Shown one piece after another: positions 57,950-64,000 of a stretch of 64,000 nt of DNA. The position numbers and the translations under genes were made by a program. Under the pieces are notes generated by a model. That model saw nothing but the letters and a program-made list of their open reading frames with translations, was not told the origin of the DNA and did no database searches. The number at the start of each line of letters is the position of its first letter. The stretch's first letter is position 1. Source of the DNA: Naegleria gruberi (taxonomy: Eukaryota); the NCBI GenBank assembly GCA_000004985.1, contig GG738921.1; one strand, written 5' to 3'.

Positions 57950-60900
57950 NNNNNNNNNNNNNNNNNNNNNNNNNNNNNNNNNNNNNNNNNNNNNNNNNNN
58001 NNNNNNNNNNNNNNNNNNNNNNNNNNNNNNNNNNNNNNNNNNNNNNNNNNNNNNNNNNNNNNNNNNNNNNNNNNNNNNNNNNNNNNNNNNNNNNNNNNNN
58101 NNNNNNNNNNNNNNNNNNNNNNNNNNNNNNNNNNNNNNNNNNNNNNNNNNNNNNNNNNNNNNNNNNNNNNNNNNNNNNNNNNNNNNNNNNNNNNNNNNNN
58201 NNNNNNNNNNNNNNNNNNNNNNNNNNNNNNNNNNNNNNNNNNNNNNNNNNNNNNNNNNNNNNNNNNNNNNNNNNNNNNNNNNNNNNNNNNNNNNNNNNNN
58301 NNNNNNNNNNNNNNNNNNNNNNNNNNNNNNNNNNNNNNNNNNNNNNNNNNNNNNNNNNNNNNNNNNNNNNNNNNNNNNNNNNNNNNNNNNNNNNNNNNNN
58401 NNNNNNNNNNNNNNNNNNNNNNNNNNNNNNNNNNNNNNNNNNNNNNNNNNNNNNNNNNNNNNNNNNNNNNNNNNNNNNNNNNNNNNNNNNNNNNNNNNNN
58501 NNNNNNNNNNNNNNNNNNNNNNNNNNNNNNNNNNNNNNNNNNNNNNNNNNNNNNNNNNNNNNNNNNNNNNNNNNNNNNNNNNNNNNNNNNNNNNNNNNNN
58601 NNNNNNNNNNNNNNNNNNNNNNNNNNNNNNNNNNNNNNNNNNNNNNNNNNNNNNNNNNNNNNNNNNNNNNNNNNNNNNNNNNNNNNNNNNNNNNNNNNNN
58701 NNNNNNNNNNNNNNNNNNNNNNNNNNNNNNNNNNNNNNNNNNNNNNNNNNNNNNNNNNNNNNNNNNNNNNNNNNNNNNNNNNNNNNNNNNNNNNNNNNNN
58801 NNNNNNNNNNNNNNNNNNNNNNNNNNNNNNNNNNNNNNNNNNNNNNNNNNNNNNNNNNNNNNNNNNNNNNNNNNNNNNNNNNNNNNNNNNNNNNNNNNNN
58901 NNNNNNNNNNNNNNNNNNNNNNNNNNNNNNNNNNNNNNNNNNNNNNNNNNNNNNNNNNNNNNNNNNNNNNNNNNNNNNNNNNNNNNNNNNNNNNNNNNNN
59001 NNNNNNNNNNNNNNNNNNNNNNNNNNNNNNNNNNNNNNNNNNNNNNNNNNNNNNNNNNNNNNNNNNNNNNNNNNNNNNNNNNNNNNNNNNNNNNNNNNNN
59101 NNNNNNNNNNNNNNNNNNNNNNNNNNNNNNNNNNNNNNNNNNNNNNNNNNNNNNNNNNNNNNNNNNNNNNNNNNNNNNNNNNNNNNNNNNNNNNNNNNNN
59201 NNNNNNNNNNNNNNNNNNNNNNNNNNNNNNNNNNNNNNNNNNNNNNNNNNNNNNNNNNNNNNNNNNNNNNNNNNNNNNNNNNNNNNNNNNNNNNNNNNNN
59301 NNNNNNNNNNNNNNNNNNNNNNNNNNNNNNNNNNNNNNNNNNNNNNNNNNNNNNNNNNNNNNNNNNNNNNNNNNNNNNNNNNNNNNNNNNNNNNNNNNNN
59401 NNNNNNNNNNNNNNNNNNNNNNNNNNNNNNNNNNNNNNNNNNNNNNNNNNNNNNNNNNNNNNNNNNNNNNNNNNNNNNNNNNNNNNNNNNNNNNNNNNNN
59501 NNNNNNNNNNNNNNNNNNNNNNNNNNNNNNNNNNNNNNNNNNNNNNNNNNNNNNNNNNNNNNNNNNNNNNNNNNNNNNNNNNNNNNNNNNNNNNNNNNNN
59601 NNNNNNNNNNNNNNNNNNNNNNNNNNNNNNNNNNNNNNNNNNNNNNNNNNNNNNNNNNNNNNNNNNNNNNNNNNNNNNNNNNNNNNNNNNNNNNNNNNNN
59701 NNNNNNNNNNNNNNNNNNNNNNNNNNNNNNNNNNNNNNNNNNNNNNNNNNNNNNNNNNNNNNNNNNNNNNNNNNNNNNNNNNNNNNNNNNNNNNNNNNNN
59801 NNNNNNNNNNNNNNNNNNNNNNNNNNNNNNNNNNNNNNNNNNNNNNNNNNNNNNNNNNNNNNNNNNNNNNNNNNNNNNNNNNNNNNNNNNNNNNNNNNNN
59901 NNNNNNNNNNNNNNNNNNNNNNNNNNNNNNNNNNNNNNNNNNNNNNNNNNNNNNNNNNNNNNNNNNNNNNNNNNNNNNNNNNNNNNNNNNNNNNNNNNNN
60001 NNNNNNNNNNNNNNNNNNNNNNNNNNNNNNNNNNNNNNNNNNNNNNNNNNNNNNNNNNNNNNNNNNNNNNNNNNNNNNNNNNNNNNNNNNNNNNNNNNNN
60101 NNNNNNNNNNNNNNNNNNNNNNNNNNNNNNNNNNNNNNNNNNNNNNNNNNNNNNNNNNNNNNNNNNNNNNNNNNNNNNNNNNNNNNNNNNNNNNNNNNNN
60201 NNNNNNNNNNNNNNNNNNNNNNNNNNNNNNNNNNNNNNNNNNNNNNNNNNNNNNNNNNNNNNNNNNNNNNNNNNNNNNNNNNNNNNNNNNNNNNNNNNNN
60301 NNNNNNNNNNNNNNNNNNNNNNNNNNNNNNNNNNNNNNNNNNNNNNNNNNNNNNNNNNNNNNNNNNNNNNNNNNNNNNNNNNNNNNNNNNNNNNNNNNNN
60401 NNNNNNNNNNNNNNNNNNNNNNNNNNNNNNNNNNNNNNNNNNNNNNNNNNNNNNNNNNNNNNNNNNNNNNNNNNNNNNNNNNNNNNNNNNNNNNNNNNNN
60501 NNNNNNNNNNNNNNNNNNNNNNNNNNNNNNNNNNNNNNNNNNNNNNNNNNNNNNNNNNNNNNNNNNNNNNNNNNNNNNNNNNNNNNNNNNNNNNNNNNNN
60601 NNNNNNNNNNNNNNNNNNNNNNNNNNNNNNNNNNNNNNNNNNNNNNNNNNNNNNNNNNNNNNNNNNNNNNNNNNNNNNNNNNNNNNNNNNNNNNNNNNNN
60701 NNNNNNNNNNNNNNNNNNNNNNNNNNNNNNNNNNNNNNNNNNNNNNNNNNNNNNNNNNNNNNNNNNNNNNNNNNNNNNNNNNNNNNNNNNNNNNNNNNNN
60801 NNNNNNNNNNNNNNNNNNNNNNNNNNNNNNNNNNNNNNNNNNNNNNNNNNNNNNNNNNNNNNNNNNNNNNNNNNNNNNNNNNNNNNNNNNNNNNNNNNNN

Positions 60901-62754
60901 NNNNNNNNNNNNNNNNNNNNNNNNNNNNNNNNNNNNNNNNNNNNNNNNNNNNNNNNNNNNNNNNNNNNNNNNNNNNNNNNNNNNNNNNNNNNNNNNNNNN
61001 NNNNNNNNNNNNNNNNNNNNNNNNNNNNNNNNNNNNNNNNNNNNNNNNNNNNNNNNNNNNNNNNNNNNNNNNNNNNNNNNNNNNNNNNNNNNNNNNNNNN
61101 NNNNNNNNNNNNNNNNNNNNNNNNNNNNNNNNNNNNNNNNNNNNNNNNNNNNNNNNNNNNNNNNNNNNNNNNNNNNNNNNNNNNNNNNNNNNNNNNNNNN
61201 NNNNNNNNNNNNNNNNNNNNNNNNNNNNNNNNNNNNNNNNNNNNNNNNNNNNNNNNNNNNNNNNNNNNNNNNNNNNNNNNNNNNNNNNNNNNNNNNNNNN
61301 NNNNNNNNNNNNNNNNNNNNNNNNNNNNNNNNNNNNNNNNNNNNNNNNNNNNNNNNNNNNNNNNNNNNNNNNNNNNNNNNNNNNNNNNNNNNNNNNNNNN
61401 NNNNNNNNNNNNNNNNNNNNNNNNNNNNNNNNNNNNNNNNNNNNNNNNNNNNNNNNNNNNNNNNNNNNNNNNNNNNNNNNNNNNNNNNNNNNNNNNNNNN
61501 NNNNNNNNNNNNNNNNNNNNNNNNNNNNNNNNNNNNNNNNNNNNNNNNNNNNNNNNNNNNNNNNNNNNNNNNNNNNNNNNNNNNNNNNNNNNNNNNNNNN
61601 NNNNNNNNNNNNNNNNNNNNNNNNNNNNNNNNNNNNNNNNNNNNNNNNNNNNNNNNNNNNNNNNNNNNNNNNNNNNNNNNNNNNNNNNNNNNNNNNNNNN
61701 NNNNNNNNNNNNNNNNNNNNNNNNNNNNNNNNNNNNNNNNNNNNNNNNNNNNNNNNNNNNNNNNNNNNNNNNNNNNNNNNNNNNNNNNNNNNNNNNNNNN
61801 NNNNNNNNNNNNNNNNNNNNNNNNNNNNNNNNNNNNNNNNNNNNNNNNNNNNNNNNNNNNNNNNNNNNNNNNNNNNNNNNNNNNNNNNNNNNNNNNNNNN
61901 NNNNNNNNNNNNNNNNNNNNNNNNNNNNNNNNNNNNNNNNNNNNNNNNNNNNNNNNNNNNNNNNNNNNNNNNNNNNNNNNNNNNNNNNNNNNNNNNNNNN
62001 NNNNNNNNNNNNNNNNNNNNNNNNNNNNNNNNNNNNNNNNNNNNNNNNNNNNNNNNNNNNNNNNNNNNNNNNNNNNNNNNNNNNNAAAAATAAATGAGAT
62101 GGAGTATATTCTATATGTTGAAATATGACAATTTGACAGATTGTTATTATTATCATATTGAATTCGATTCTAAAACACTAAAAATGATACCAGTTGTATA
62201 TCAGTGTGACTAAACGTACATGGTAAAGTTACACGATAATAGGATGTACTTTCATTGAGATAGAGTGTACACTTGGATATAATCACTCTTGACATTGAAC
62301 ATTTACTGATTGACTGAATGTAAGTTTCATGAATTGTTTCAAAACGTATATAGATGTATATAAATGATGTATATAATGTGTGTTATCAATTCTAGACTAA
62401 TTTCATATAAAATAAGTGAGTTGGAGCATAATCTTTGATTTTATGTCAAAGTTCTATAGTAAAATGATAGAGTTGACAACTCAATATCTACTGAACCAAT
62501 ATTCATGAAATTGATATCATATGCTAATTAGAGTGTCTACATATCATGGTATTAATTTCAGTGAAAATAGAGTTGTTTCTGGTCCCTTCAGATTTCCATC
62601 CATTCTCCTGACAAATCACCATGTACTATCCACTGGATGTATTTCTTGAAATGAAATTATATAATTTGATGAAAGTACACTTTATTTGAGATGTAGAACT
62701 CGATATTATCATTTATTTTGAGATTAGTAACTTTTCCTAAAGTGTCATCCTTAG

Positions 62755-62943
62755 TTGGGTTTGGGTTTGGGTTTGGGTTTGGGTTTGGGTTTGGGTTTGG
62801 GTTTGGGTTTGGGTTTGGGTTTGGGTTTGGGTTTGGGTTTGGGTTTGGGTTTGGGTTTGGGTTTGGGTTTGGGTTTGGGTTTGGGTTTGGGTTTGGGTTT
62901 GGGTTTGGGTTTGGGTTTGGGTTTGGGTTTGGGTTTGGGTTGA
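62755..62943 (+). repeat. (GGGTTT)n / (TTTGGG)n telomere-type hexamer tract (~31 units), internal, followed by 50-nt N-gap
   Basis: Perfect tandem GTTTGG repeats begin at ..CCTTAGTTGGG|TTTGGG. Unique AT-rich sequence lies 5' of it. G-rich strand is on +, running 5' to 3' toward the window end. Confidence 0.85.
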
Positions 62944-62993
62944 NNNNNNNNNNNNNNNNNNNNNNNNNNNNNNNNNNNNNNNNNNNNNNNNNN

Positions 62994-63636
62994 GATTTTA
63001 CAGATCTAATAAAATTGCAGATACATTTTGTAATAACTGCTTAACATGAACTTCTGCAAAATTACAACAAGTCTATTGAACCAACAAGTTGCTGAAACAA
63101 GCATTCAATAAGGCGGACATTTCCTATTGTCCTCGATGAATTATTGATTCTTGAATATATTACTAATGAAAGAATGCGTGCGCAGCATATTTTTCATTCT
63201 CAAGTAACCAAGTAGAAGTTTGTTTTAAAAAATTTAACAACTCCAAAAAAAATTAAATCACTTCTCGCCCACAACAAACTTGCAGCAGCACATCATTTCT
63301 TTAGAAGAATGACAAGTACTGGCACCTCCTCCAGTAATGGTAGAACCATGAAGATTTTGGTAGAGAGGGTTATTATGAATGATAATTCAACAACATCATC
63401 TTTGAATACAACAATACCTGATCATTGGGATGTTCCGAAAAATTCATCATCTTTGGCATCTTCAACATCTTCACCTACTACAGTAGTAATACCTCCAGAA
63501 AAGTTTAAAGATCCTTGGATTGGAGTGAATCATGATAAATCAGTACTCGATGGAATGTCAATGATGAAGGATTTCTTATTTAATTCACCATCAATTCCGA
63601 GTGATAAAGAACTTCCTCAATTGAAACCGAATTGGG
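62994..63636 (+). repeat. Subtelomeric duplicate (~640 bp, ~96% identical) of 49225..49838 = NAPE-PLD promoter, 5' UTR and first ~107 codons, truncated and capped by telomere repeats
   Basis: Collinear with 49225-49838. Small differences are 26-bp and 9-bp in-frame insertions and a few substitutions (e.g. GATGAAGAA to GATAAAGAA). The identity ends at CCGAATTGGG, where the original continues ATAAATTAATG and the copy continues TTTGGGTTTGGG. Confidence 0.85.
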
Positions 63637-64000
63637 TTTGGGTTTGGGTTTGGGTTTGGGTTTGGGTTTGGGTTTGGGTTTGGGTTTGGGTTTGGGTTTG
63701 GGTTTGGGTTTGGGTTTGGGTTTGGGTTTGGGTTTGGGTTTGGGTTTGGGTTTGGGTTTGGGTTTGGGTTTGGGTTTGGGTTTGGGTTTGGGTTTGGGTT
63801 TGGGTTTGGGTTTGGGTTTGGGTTTGGGTTTGGGTTTGGGTTTGGGTTTGGGTTTGGGTTTGGGTTTGGGTTTGGGTTTGGGTTTGGGTTTGGGTTTGGG
63901 TTTGGGTTTGGGTTTGGGTTTGGGTTTGGGTTTGGGTTTGGGTTTGGGTTTGGGTTTGGGTTTGGGTTTGGGTTTGGGTTTGGGTTTGGGTTTGGGTTTG
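63634..64000 (+). repeat. Terminal (GGGTTT)n telomere-type repeat tract running to the end of the window (at least 60 units)
   Basis: Uninterrupted GGGTTT hexamers from 63634 to 64000. G-rich strand is oriented 5' to 3' toward the right end, as expected for a right-arm chromosome terminus. Confidence 0.85.

Noticed and set aside
62718-63044. ORFs 62718..63044 and 62755..62943, encoding poly-(GF) / (GL) peptides.
   Set aside because: Pure translation of the (GTTTGG)n telomere-type repeat, not coding.
62755-64000. Regular short tandem repeats that could superficially suggest a CRISPR array.
   Set aside because: The 6-bp unit is perfectly tandem with no spacers, the context is eukaryotic with spliceosomal introns, and there are no cas genes. 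The telomere interpretation fits.
1-64000. Prokaryotic-style features: operons, Shine-Dalgarno sites, rho-independent terminators, rRNA genes.
   Set aside because: Gene structure is eukaryotic: introns, tRNA genes with eukaryotic features, telomere repeats. No rRNA-like conserved segments were recognised. Promoters and terminators cannot be called reliably from sequence alone here.

Overview
This 64 kb window is a eukaryotic (protist-type) nuclear scaffold segment, not a prokaryotic one. It is AT-rich (about two-thirds A+T by eye). Protein-coding genes sit on both strands. Many have very short canonical GTAAGT..AG introns of 41-79 nt, whose junctions restore continuous, domain-coherent reading frames. 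There are N/S/Q-rich low-complexity stretches, three tRNA genes, and seven runs of N (scaffold gaps: 1333-1382, 18041-18828, 41035-41084, 50594-50867, 51936-52233, 57950-62085, 62944-62993). The right end is (GGGTTT)n telomere-type repeat. Gene content (poly-N/S tracts, F-box/RGS/kinase multidomain proteins, tRNA-associated repeats, tiny introns) suggests an amoebozoan or dictyostelid-like organism, but I cannot establish that from sequence alone. I support about 30 protein-coding genes. They are an ABC-B transporter NBD, a 7TM-RGS protein, a C2 protein, a DUF4116-repeat protein, an atypical Ras-like GTPase, an MFS/FLVCR-like transporter, an RGS-START protein, F-box/LRR and F-box/ZZ proteins, a VWA8-like giant AAA+ protein, an ANK-hydrolase fusion, two DOMON-ferric-reductase paralogs, RCC1-like proteins, a NAPE-PLD-like metallo-beta-lactamase, and two ANK/coiled-coil/kinase/HECT proteins. 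The findings that most deserve a second look are these. (1) A convergent pair of paralogous genes fuses ankyrin repeats, a protein kinase domain and a HECT ubiquitin-ligase domain. One copy carries a clean in-frame deletion of the kinase C-lobe, and a third decayed HECT 3' fragment lies nearby. (2) An inverted duplication of the 3' halves of two DOMON + ferric-reductase genes is ~99% identical at protein level, against only roughly two-thirds identity in the 5' halves, and encloses a ~9 kb spacer containing five genes. (3) A tRNA-Gly(GCC) gene is split in its T-loop by a 309 bp insert flanked by a perfect 7 bp direct duplication. (4) An ~830 bp MITE-like element with ~70 bp terminal inverted repeats lies immediately downstream of tRNA-Phe and upstream of a secreted-protein gene. 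(5) The chromosome-end structure has two (GGGTTT)n tracts, a ~640 bp subtelomeric duplicate of the NAPE-PLD promoter and 5' exon, and apparent de novo telomere addition at a TTGGG microhomology inside the coding sequence. Coordinates of exon boundaries were derived by hand translation and can be off by a few nucleotides.
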